A stretch of DNA of 64,000 nt from a virus: positions 3,404 through 67,403 of the IMG/VR virus record IMGVR_UViG_3300035698_012959. One strand, given 5' to 3'. The position numbers and the translations under genes are program-made. The notes beneath the pieces were generated by a model. The model was given only the letters and a program-made list of their open reading frames with translations, was not told the DNA's origin and made no database searches. This document shows, piece after piece, positions 55,442 through 64,000 of the stretch (positions are counted from its first letter, which is position 1; each line of letters opens with the position of its first letter).

Positions 55442-56566
55442 ATGATAAAAAAGAAAAACAAAACTAATGATCTTTTAAAAGAAGCAATTGCTGACGCTCA
55501 AAGAATCAAACAAACAGCATTAGAAAATGCTAAAATGGTAATAGAAGAAAGCCTATCACCAAAAATCAAAAAAATCCTTTCAGAAAAACTGAATGAGATG
55601 GCAGATGATGATCTTGATGAAGGTATGTATGATTCCGATGAAGATTTAGACATTGATGAAATTCTTAGAGAATTAGAAGAAGATGATCTTAATGAAAATG
55701 AAGATTTAGACGAAGCCGCTGGTGATGATGAAGATAAACCAAAGCCAAAAGCAAAACCTAAAACTGACGATAAACCAAAACCAAAACCAAAGGCCAAGCC
55801 GAAATCAGAAGATGATGACGATGATGACGAGGATGATGATGAAGGATTCGGTGATGATGACGATGATGATCTAGGTGTTGAAGATGATATGTCTGACGGT
55901 GATGGTGATTTAGGTGGTGAAGAGCAAGACGTTAAAGATATGAGTGCATCTGAATTATCAGAGTTAATTACATCAATTATACAAGGTGTAATGGGGACCG
56001 GTGAGGAAGATGGATTAGGTGGAAGTGATATTGGACCTATTGGAGCCGAAGATGGATTAGATTCAGGTAGGGATGATATTGGATTTGGTGATGATATGGA
56101 AGGTGAAGAAGACGATATTGACATTAGTGAAGATGAGTATGGAATTGAAGAAGACGAAGATGATATGGTTTACGAATCATTGAAACAAATTAATAAATTA
56201 CGTGAAGAGTTAAAAGAAACTAATTTATTAAATTCTAAATTACTATACATGAATAAGGTGTTTGCAGGTCAACAATTAAATGAGCAAGAAAAGATTGGTG
56301 TGATGAAAGCATTTGATAAAGCTGATTCAGTAAAGGAAGCAAAATTAATCTTTGAAACTATTCAAACTAGACCAAAAAGAAAAGAAACAGCAAATTCTAG
56401 AAATAGAAAAACAAAGTATAGAAGCACAGCAGGAAAAAGACAGATTAGAGAAGTTAAAGGCAGTGCTTCAAGCGTATTAGGTGGAAGTATGAGAAAACCA
56501 ATCGTTAAAGTTAACGAAACAGTTGCCAGATGGCAGAAATTGGCAGGATTAGATACATCAAAATAA
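55442..56566 (+). CDS. Prohead scaffold/core protein
   Basis: Between protease and capsid genes; LLKEAIADA, highly acidic middle, LLNSKLLY, C-terminal RWQKLAGL. Confidence 0.85.
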   Translation: MIKKKNKTNDLLKEAIADAQRIKQTALENAKMVIEESLSPKIKKILSEKLNEMADDDLDEGMYDSDEDLDIDEILRELEEDDLNENEDLDEAAGDDEDKPKPKAKPKTDDKPKPKPKAKPKSEDDDDDDEDDDEGFGDDDDDDLGVEDDMSDGDGDLGGEEQDVKDMSASELSELITSIIQGVMGTGEEDGLGGSDIGPIGAEDGLDSGRDDIGFGDDMEGEEDDIDISEDEYGIEEDEDDMVYESLKQINKLREELKETNLLNSKLLYMNKVFAGQQLNEQEKIGVMKAFDKADSVKEAKLIFETIQTRPKRKETANSRNRKTKYRSTAGKRQIREVKGSASSVLGGSMRKPIVKVNETVARWQKLAGLDTSK

Positions 56567-56594
56567 AAAAATAAATTAAACAATAAATATAAAA

Positions 56595-58190
56595 ATGAAT
56601 TTAAAAACACTTTTAGAAAGTTCAAACCAAGAATTAGTAGCCAGTAAAAAGGAATCTAATGCACTTGTGAACAAATGGATATCTAGTGGATTACTAGAAG
56701 GTTTTTCTAATGATCATGATAGAAATAACATGGCCGTTATATTAGAAAACCAAACAAAAAGACTACTTAACGAAGCCAACGTAACAGGTGGTACAAGTAG
56801 CATGAATGGTGGAAACGGAGAGAATTGGGCAGGAGTAGCATTACCATTAGTACGAAGAGTATTTGGTGAGATAGTTGCAAAGGATTTCCTTTCAGTACAA
56901 CCAATGTCATTACCTGCAGGTCTAGTATTTTACCTAGATTTTAAGTATGGATCAACTAAATCTGGTAATACAGCTGGTGATTCATTATATGGTAACCAAG
57001 CTACTAATCACCCAAATGTTCAAGGGTTAGATGTAGATGGTGGATTGTATGGAGAGGGTAAATTTGGATATTCTCTAAATTTATCAAGTGGAAGTGCTTC
57101 ACCTTCAGCAACATCTTCAGCTACGTGGAGTGATATTAATCATGATACTACATTCGACACAGCTAGTTTTAGCGTGATTAGTGTACCAACTAGCTCAATG
57201 ACCAGTTTAGATACTGATGTAATTAGAGCAATTACAGTAAGTTCAGCATCTGTACAGTACCCAGTAATGCAACAATTTACAAAATTGTCTGGTGGTAATA
57301 TTAATATAGTTATAAAAGCTACTGATATTGTAGATGCAAACACAGGATCATGGGTTGCTTTATATCCTAAAGCGACTTCTATGGAAAATAGAGGAGATTT
57401 TGAAGATAGAACAGGAGATGATTTATCAATCCCATCTATTGATGTTAAACTAAAATCTGAAGCAATTGTTGCAAAAACTAGAAAGTTAAAAGCACAATGG
57501 ACACCGGAATTTAGTCAAGATTTAAATGCATACCACAACATTGATGGTGAAGCTGAATTAACAAGTATGTTAAGTAATTATATCGCTCTTGAAGTTGATT
57601 TAGAATTACTAGATATGTTAAAGAATGATGCGGCAACAACAGGTTATTGGTCAGCAGTTAATAACGAACAATGGAATGGAGTAGATGGCTTTACTCAAAC
57701 TACAGCAACCACAGGTGGTTTTTATAATACTCAAGGTGGATGGTTTTCTACATTAGGAACTGTGTTTCAACAAGTATCAAATAAGATACACCAAAAAACA
57801 CTGAAAGGTGGAGCGAGTTTCGCAGTAGTTTCTCCAGCAGTAGCAACAATTCTAGAATCAATTCCCGGATTTGCGGCTGATGGTGATGGTGAAAAAGCAG
57901 AATTTAATTTAGGTATATCTAAAATGGGTTCATTAAATAGTAGGTATAAGGTTTATAAAAATCCATACCAAACATCTAATGAAATATTAATGGGATACAA
58001 AGGCGGACAATTCCTAGATACAGGAGCTGTTTATGCACCGTATATTCCCTTAATGATGACTCCATTAGTTTATGATCCTATCAACTTTACACCTAGAAAA
58101 GGTTTGCTTACTAGATATGCTAAGAAGATGGTAAGACCTGAATTTTATGGTAAAATATATGTTAAAGGATTAGAATCGTTAGGATATTAA
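56595..58190 (+). CDS. Major capsid protein (T4 gp23-like)
   Basis: LPLVRRVF, VQPMSLPAGLVFYLDF, AKTRKLKAQWTPE..QDL.AYH, YAPYIPL, FTPRKG..TRYA. Confidence 0.97.
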   Translation: MNLKTLLESSNQELVASKKESNALVNKWISSGLLEGFSNDHDRNNMAVILENQTKRLLNEANVTGGTSSMNGGNGENWAGVALPLVRRVFGEIVAKDFLSVQPMSLPAGLVFYLDFKYGSTKSGNTAGDSLYGNQATNHPNVQGLDVDGGLYGEGKFGYSLNLSSGSASPSATSSATWSDINHDTTFDTASFSVISVPTSSMTSLDTDVIRAITVSSASVQYPVMQQFTKLSGGNINIVIKATDIVDANTGSWVALYPKATSMENRGDFEDRTGDDLSIPSIDVKLKSEAIVAKTRKLKAQWTPEFSQDLNAYHNIDGEAELTSMLSNYIALEVDLELLDMLKNDAATTGYWSAVNNEQWNGVDGFTQTTATTGGFYNTQGGWFSTLGTVFQQVSNKIHQKTLKGGASFAVVSPAVATILESIPGFAADGDGEKAEFNLGISKMGSLNSRYKVYKNPYQTSNEILMGYKGGQFLDTGAVYAPYIPLMMTPLVYDPINFTPRKGLLTRYAKKMVRPEFYGKIYVKGLESLGY

Positions 58191-58216
58191 TACTAACAAT
58201 AGTATAATTTATTAAT

Positions 58217-58249
58217 GAAGGCCGAATCAATGATTCGGTCTTCTTTGTT
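58217..58249 (+). terminator. Rho-independent terminator after capsid gene
   Basis: GAAGGCCGAATC-aat-GATTCGGTCTTC followed by TTTGTT. Confidence 0.88.
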
Positions 58250-58296
58250 ACATACATAATAAATATGTGATATTTTAACTAATACTATATTTGTCG

Positions 58297-58305
58297 ATAT
58301 TTATA
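58297..58305 (+). promoter_or_regulatory. Putative late promoter ATATTTATA
   Basis: After terminator, before neck gene. Confidence 0.6.
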
Positions 58306-58325
58306 ATCAAAACAATAAGTAATAA

Positions 58326-59480
58326 ATGGCTAATATATCTATATACAACGGTACTTCTACTTTTACTTCCGGATCTACTCCATTTGGTTTTTATGACGAT
58401 GATGCCGCTTTCCAGTTAGATGCCGATAGAGTAGTAAAATGGTCTGCTTCCAGGTTAGGATGGCCCATAACTGACATTGAATTAAATAGTGGATCGTTTT
58501 ATGCCGCATTTGAAGAATCAACTACAACATATGGTACTGAAGTACATCAATGGAAGATTAGAGAAAATTACTATTCACTTGAAGGAACAACCACATCAAC
58601 TAACTTAAATAACAAAGTAATTACTCCTAGTTTAGGCTCATTACTTAGATTGTCTAAAACATATGGAGCTGAAGCAGGTTCCGGTGGGAATGTAACATAC
58701 CATAGTGGTAGTATAGTAACACAGCAAGGACAACAAACATATAACTTAAATGAATGGGCTCTAGCATCAGCATCATTAGCTCCAGGTGATAGTATAGAAA
58801 TAAAAAAAGTATTCCACCAAAGTCCACCCGCTATTGTTAGATATTTTGACCCATATGCTGGTACTGGTACTGGTATTCAGTCATTATTAGAAACATTCAA
58901 TTTTGGTTCATATTCACCTGGTATAAATTTTATGTTAATGCCTATATATTTTGATATCCAAAAGGTACAGGCTATTAAATTAAATGATGAAATCAGAAAA
59001 TCAAATTATTCATTCGAACTAATAAATAATAACTTAAAAATATTTCCAATCCCAACACGCTCATCATTTATAAAGTTTGAATTTATTAAGGTATCAGAAC
59101 GCGATAGTTCAATTAATAACAATCAAGGTTCTAATTTGATAACAGATGTATCTAATGTACCATATGAAAACCCTAATTACACAGATATAAATTCTACAGG
59201 TAGGCAATGGATATTTCAATATACTTTAAGTATAATTAAAGAAATGTTAGCGTATATTAGAGGAAAATATAGTACAATTCCAATTCCTGGTAGTGAAGTA
59301 ACATTAAACCAAAGTGATTTATTAACTGATGCTAGAAATGAAAAGGAAACTTTGATAGGATCATTAAGGGAAATGTTGGAGGATTCCTCACGAAATAAAC
59401 AATTAGAAAAGAAAGATCAAGAAGAAGGATATTTAAAAAAAACACTTACTAATATACCTTTAGCAATTTACATAGGATAA
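58326..59480 (+). CDS. Neck/head-tail adaptor protein (gp13-like)
   Basis: RLGWPITDIEL, LKIFP.P, WIFQY...KEML..IRGKY..IP.PG..VTLN. Confidence 0.8.
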   Translation: MANISIYNGTSTFTSGSTPFGFYDDDAAFQLDADRVVKWSASRLGWPITDIELNSGSFYAAFEESTTTYGTEVHQWKIRENYYSLEGTTTSTNLNNKVITPSLGSLLRLSKTYGAEAGSGGNVTYHSGSIVTQQGQQTYNLNEWALASASLAPGDSIEIKKVFHQSPPAIVRYFDPYAGTGTGIQSLLETFNFGSYSPGINFMLMPIYFDIQKVQAIKLNDEIRKSNYSFELINNNLKIFPIPTRSSFIKFEFIKVSERDSSINNNQGSNLITDVSNVPYENPNYTDINSTGRQWIFQYTLSIIKEMLAYIRGKYSTIPIPGSEVTLNQSDLLTDARNEKETLIGSLREMLEDSSRNKQLEKKDQEEGYLKKTLTNIPLAIYIG

Positions 59481-59484
59481 TAAA

Positions 59485-59823
59485 ATGAGAAGACACAAAA
59501 TAATGACATTACTGAAAGAACAATTTCAAATGTATTCGATTCAAGCTATACTTAAATGTAATGATAAAAAAAACGTTACAGAAATATACAATGAAATAAG
59601 AGGGATTGAAGATATTGTAGTAGTTACAATTTTACCTAATGAGCAAATTAATGCTAAGAATAAAATTAGTAAAAATTACCATTATTCATTACTTAAAGTA
59701 AAGTTTGATGCTTCAGATCCCGAAGTTGAGATACATAAAATTAGAAAACTAATATCATCTGTATATGGTGTGCACAATTTTCTCCCACGAATGAAAACTT
59801 TATCAAAAATTAGAAATTATTAA
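59485..59823 (+). CDS. Hypothetical protein
   Basis: 112 aa, leader ends LLKE; IRGIEDIVVV. Confidence 0.7.
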   Translation: MRRHKIMTLLKEQFQMYSIQAILKCNDKKNVTEIYNEIRGIEDIVVVTILPNEQINAKNKISKNYHYSLLKVKFDASDPEVEIHKIRKLISSVYGVHNFLPRMKTLSKIRNY

Positions 59824-59826
59824 AAT

Positions 59827-60315
59827 ATGCCATTATTCGGTTCTTTCAGAGATATAAATTTATTCGAATCATTAAATAATGAGTTGTTAGGTAAAATAAT
59901 AGAACAGATGGTAGGATATTATAAAATTGATTTGGAAAAAACCCCAATTAATTTATATGGAGAATCATTAACTAAAATATACAATAATCCTATATTAGTA
60001 GAGTGTTTAATAGAAAGAAACCCACAATCAACAGAAACAAATGATTTTGGGGGGGACATTGAAAGAAAAATTAATGTTAAACTTTTAAGGAGTAAATTAG
60101 TTGAAATTGATTTAGTTACTGAGCGAGGAGATATAATACTGTGGGAAGACAATTTTTACGAAGTCGATAATATTATTGAAGACCAACTTATAGTTGGGAA
60201 AAACCCTGATTATTCGTATGATCCTGACGTAGACAAACATGGAGGTAGCTTCTCTATTGTATTAGAATGTCATTACACTAGACCGGAAAAAGTGGGGATA
60301 ACAAAAAATAGATAA
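59827..60315 (+). CDS. Head closure/neck protein (gp14-like)
   Basis: NLYGES, GDII.W...YEV; position after adaptor. Confidence 0.7.
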   Translation: MPLFGSFRDINLFESLNNELLGKIIEQMVGYYKIDLEKTPINLYGESLTKIYNNPILVECLIERNPQSTETNDFGGDIERKINVKLLRSKLVEIDLVTERGDIILWEDNFYEVDNIIEDQLIVGKNPDYSYDPDVDKHGGSFSIVLECHYTRPEKVGITKNR

Positions 60316-60318
60316 TTT

Positions 60319-61146
60319 ATGGAAGATAAAAGAATAAAACCATTATCACTGACTCCAGATGAGGCAGTGCAAAATAATATAAAACCAACCATTAAAGGTT
60401 CTAATAAAATTAGTAATAATAAAGGGAATGATTTATCTGTTTTAAGTAATGATTTACCTAAATTTAATGTTGGGTTCGAAGATATAGATGAAGCTATTAT
60501 GTATTATTTTGAAGAAAAAATACAACCATATATTACCCAAAATAATCAGAGAGTTAAAGTTCCTATAGTGTATGGTGATCCGGAAAAATGGGTTAGTATG
60601 CAAAAATATGGATTTTATAGAGATAAAAATGGAAAATTATTCAACCCAATGATTATAATTAGAAAATCTAATATTGAAAATAATAGAAATATAGGTAATA
60701 AATTAGACGGTAATAAGCCTAGTTTACACCATACTGTTGAGCAGAAATACAATAGAAGAAACGGATATGATAATTTTTCAGTGTTAAATAACAGAAATCC
60801 CGAAAAAACATTCATTGCAGTTGCTATTCCTGATTATGTTACAATAACATATGATTGTATTATAAATACTGAATATAACGGACAAATAAATAAAATTATT
60901 GAAGCTATAAATTTTACCTCGGATTCATATTGGGGTATACCCAATAAATTTCTCTTCAAAACTAAAATAGATTCATATTCACTACCTATAGAATTAAATG
61001 GTGGGGGGGATAGAATAATTAAATCAAATTTTACATTAATAATAAATGGGTATATCATCCCAGATACTGTAAATGCAGAAATGGTAAGCATGAAAGGTTT
61101 TAATTCATTAACTAATGTAAATTTCGTACAAGAAACAATAATATAA
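60319..61146 (+). CDS. Tail completion/sheath stabiliser (gp15-like)
   Basis: KVPIVYG.PEKW, PDYVTITY, INGYIIP. Confidence 0.7.
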   Translation: MEDKRIKPLSLTPDEAVQNNIKPTIKGSNKISNNKGNDLSVLSNDLPKFNVGFEDIDEAIMYYFEEKIQPYITQNNQRVKVPIVYGDPEKWVSMQKYGFYRDKNGKLFNPMIIIRKSNIENNRNIGNKLDGNKPSLHHTVEQKYNRRNGYDNFSVLNNRNPEKTFIAVAIPDYVTITYDCIINTEYNGQINKIIEAINFTSDSYWGIPNKFLFKTKIDSYSLPIELNGGGDRIIKSNFTLIINGYIIPDTVNAEMVSMKGFNSLTNVNFVQETII

Positions 61147-61149
61147 TAA

Positions 61150-64000
61150 ATGGCGTCTCCAATAATATTAAAAAATAGTAGTAAAAAGAACCATATTCCA
61201 TTCACTTCTGATTTAATGCTAGGTGAAATGGCAATCAATACATATGATGGGGAGGTTTATCTTAAAACTAGGATACATGGTAAAGAAAAAATAATATCTG
61301 TAGGATCTACTAAATCTACTAATCATGCTATAACGGGTTCTAACACATTTAATGGAGATCAAATAATAAGTGGTAGTCTATACGTTTCTTCAGGTTCATT
61401 AACAGTAGAGGATGGAATAACAGGTTCATTACATGGAACATCATCATGGGCCTTAAATTCCCAAACATCATCAACCACAAATATTGCTGTTGGGGTAGGT
61501 TCACCTAATATAAATAATTTACAAGGATATATAGATAATACAGGTTCATCAGGATTTTTTAAAGGTGGTGATATATCAGATGGAGGAAGTGGTACAGTAA
61601 ATGTTTCATCAGGTTCAGGATTTATCAGAACAATTGATGATGAAAATGCCGAATTACAATCCTTCAGATGGAATGGTTCATCAGGGATAGCAGTATCAGA
61701 TGATACAACACAATATATTTATGTAGATTATCAAGGAAATATATCATTAAATCCAAGTGAATTTCTTGAAAAACCAAACAAAATACAAATTGGTGTTGTA
61801 ACAAATGAGAGTGGTGATATTGTTTCAGCATTAACCCTTGGAGTAAGGTTACAAGAGAGTGTTGCTAGTGATGGTAGGTTTATCAAACAAGTACACGGTG
61901 TATCAAGAGATAAAAGGAAGGGTGGACTTGCTATGGGTCAATCATCAACCCCCGATAGAGATGTAGACTTATCATCTGGTGTTTTATGGTGGGGTCGAAC
62001 AGAATATCATATATCATCATTAGATACATCTGGTTCAGATACATTTGAAGCATATACAAGCGCTGGAAGGGTAGATGCGGCCGCATCACAATGGCCTAAT
62101 AAGCAATTTGATAATAATGGAACATTAACAAATATATCATCAAACATTCTTAGTAATAATAACTTTTTCGCTAATTTATTCTTCTATATATTACCTACGA
62201 GTAAGCTTGTTATGGTGTATGGACGAACCCAATATAACTCAGAAGCCGCAGCCAATACTGAGAGTGTGCCAACTTCATCATTACCAACTAAAATAACAGA
62301 GACAGGTATTCTTATTGCTAGGTTTACATTCCAAGCATACCTTAACACAGCAACTATATCATCAGCTTTTGATACAACATTTACACAAACACCAGCATCC
62401 GACCATAGTACTCTTTCAAAACTAACATGGAATACATCAGGTCATTCGGGAGTAGATAAACGACTAGCTGGATTTGATAGTTCAGGAGAGGCCATAGAAT
62501 ATACATTGAGTGGAACAGGCACAGAAATACCAACAACAGTATCTCCTGTATTTACAACACCTCAACTTGGAGTTGCAACATCAACATCTATTGATGGACG
62601 TAATATAAGTACTGATGGCTCAAAATTAGATGATATTGAATTACTTGCCGATGTTACAGATGCAATTAACGTAACAGCCGCAGGAGCATTAATGGATAGT
62701 GAGTTAACTTCTATTACTGATGTTAAAGCTATGGACCAAAGTGTAATAAGTGGGGCTAGTCCATTATTTATTACAACAAATATGACTGACGCTACAAACA
62801 AGCGATTTATGTCAAATGCTCAAGAAGCCAAGATCGATTATATAACAATAACACAGGATGTAGACTTAGACCAACTAGAAATTGATGTTGCCGCTCTAGC
62901 CAATGGGATGGTTTATAAAGGAGATTGGGATGCTAGTACAGGAACATTTCCTGGAAATGATGTAGCACAAACCGGATGGTTCTACTATGTGTCAGTAGGT
63001 GGAACAGTAAATTCAATTTCATTTCTAGCTGGAGATAATATTGTTGCTACAACGGACAATGCGTCTTCAACAACTTATTCATCAAACTGGTCTAAACATG
63101 ATAATACAGATGCTATAACTTCAGTAGCCGGAAAAACAGGAAATGTAACAATAGTTGCAGGTGACTTATCAGACTTTCAATCAACTGTACAATCAAATAA
63201 ACTTTCAGACTTTGCAGCAACAACATCAGCAGAATTAGCAGGTATTATTTCAAACGAAACAGGTTCAGGGTTGCTAGTATTTAATAGTTCGCCAACATTA
63301 ATAACTCCAGCATTGGGAACACCATCAGCTTTAGTAGCAACTAATGCAACAGGAACAGCATCAGGTCTTACAGCAGGTAATGTTACAACAAACGCAAACC
63401 TTACAGGTCATATTACATCATCAGGAAACGCTACAGTCCTTGGTTCATTTACATCAGCACAACTTGCAACAGCATTAACAAACGAAACAGGTTCAGGTTC
63501 AGCAGTCTTTGCCAATACCCCAACACTTGTAACACCAGATATTGGTGCAGCAACAGGAACAACCCTAAACGTAACAGGAACAGGGGATAGTTCGTTTAAT
63601 GGTAAAGTAGGTATAGGAACAGCAACCCCAACTGGTCTTCTTGATTTACGAGGAGCAAATGCTCTTGGTTCTGAATTAAAAATAGGAGGAACAAGTGACA
63701 ATGTTGGTAATTACATTTCTCTATATGGTTCAGCAACAAACGCAGGTAATTCATACATTCATACAAACTACTATGCTAGTGATGGTGCACTTGTACTTGG
63801 AACATATGCCAACAGAACTAACCAATTATTCCTTGCTACAGACGGTAAAGTAGGTATAGGGACAGACGACCCAGGGTATAAACTTGAAGTTGATGGTACT
63901 TTGGGAACTGGAACTATTACCCAAACAGGAACAGGAACATACGGGAGCTATAACAGTACAGGTTCAGGGAATGCTTACGCTCAATATAAGTACAACGGAA
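61150..64000 (+). CDS. Tail fibre protein, partial (runs off window end); not in ORF track
   Basis: MASPIILKNSS...LGEMAINTYDG N-terminal anchor; Ser/Thr/Gly-rich shaft, YKGDWDAS, NETGSG repeats, GKVGIGT..P repeats at 63601 and 63844 in frame. Confidence 0.85.
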   Translation, partial: MASPIILKNSSKKNHIPFTSDLMLGEMAINTYDGEVYLKTRIHGKEKIISVGSTKSTNHAITGSNTFNGDQIISGSLYVSSGSLTVEDGITGSLHGTSSWALNSQTSSTTNIAVGVGSPNINNLQGYIDNTGSSGFFKGGDISDGGSGTVNVSSGSGFIRTIDDENAELQSFRWNGSSGIAVSDDTTQYIYVDYQGNISLNPSEFLEKPNKIQIGVVTNESGDIVSALTLGVRLQESVASDGRFIKQVHGVSRDKRKGGLAMGQSSTPDRDVDLSSGVLWWGRTEYHISSLDTSGSDTFEAYTSAGRVDAAASQWPNKQFDNNGTLTNISSNILSNNNFFANLFFYILPTSKLVMVYGRTQYNSEAAANTESVPTSSLPTKITETGILIARFTFQAYLNTATISSAFDTTFTQTPASDHSTLSKLTWNTSGHSGVDKRLAGFDSSGEAIEYTLSGTGTEIPTTVSPVFTTPQLGVATSTSIDGRNISTDGSKLDDIELLADVTDAINVTAAGALMDSELTSITDVKAMDQSVISGASPLFITTNMTDATNKRFMSNAQEAKIDYITITQDVDLDQLEIDVAALANGMVYKGDWDASTGTFPGNDVAQTGWFYYVSVGGTVNSISFLAGDNIVATTDNASSTTYSSNWSKHDNTDAITSVAGKTGNVTIVAGDLSDFQSTVQSNKLSDFAATTSAELAGIISNETGSGLLVFNSSPTLITPALGTPSALVATNATGTASGLTAGNVTTNANLTGHITSSGNATVLGSFTSAQLATALTNETGSGSAVFANTPTLVTPDIGAATGTTLNVTGTGDSSFNGKVGIGTATPTGLLDLRGANALGSELKIGGTSDNVGNYISLYGSATNAGNSYIHTNYYASDGALVLGTYANRTNQLFLATDGKVGIGTDDPGYKLEVDGTLGTGTITQTGTGTYGSYNSTGSGNAYAQYKYNG

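Noticed and set aside
55498-56124. 208-aa Ser-rich minus-strand ORF (also 31898-32242 and other short antisense ORFs)
   Set aside because: Antisense shadows of acidic GAT/GAA-rich plus-strand genes
1-64000. Stop-codon reassignment
   Set aside because: Hallmark genes are full length in the standard code; TGA and TAG end genes at sensible boundaries; readthrough of TGA at 18682 hits TAA within a few codons

Overview
AT-rich, gene-dense, almost entirely plus-strand segment of a large tailed dsDNA phage with T4-superfamily-type (myovirus-like) head and baseplate genes, read in the standard code. A Bacteroidetes-like host is inferred from A-rich starts without Shine-Dalgarno motifs, promoter-like motifs and protein motifs. 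Gene order: small early/metabolic genes (DHH phosphoesterase, thymidylate synthase, HD hydrolase, gp55-like sigma factor); baseplate and tail-accessory block including Thr/Pro mucin-like and VWA proteins; GIY-YIG nuclease, primase, exonuclease and nucleotide enzymes; an accessory block (SLOG, FAD oxidoreductase, ART-like protein, MoxR AAA + VWA); then intein-containing terminase, portal, prohead protease, scaffold, major capsid, neck proteins and a tail fibre running off the end. The most striking unexplained signal is a peptide grammar shared by many otherwise unrelated ORFs between about 28.8 and 56.6 kb: amphipathic leaders ending in [LIV]-x-E, a repeated E-[IV]-[KR]-L-R-E-P-[GK] tag that opens variable cassettes closed by L-x-E, and copies of the scaffold C-terminal R-x-Q-x-L-A-G motif. 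I infer a modular capsid-loading and protease-release system for injected cargo. All calls are from motif reading by eye; no database search was run.
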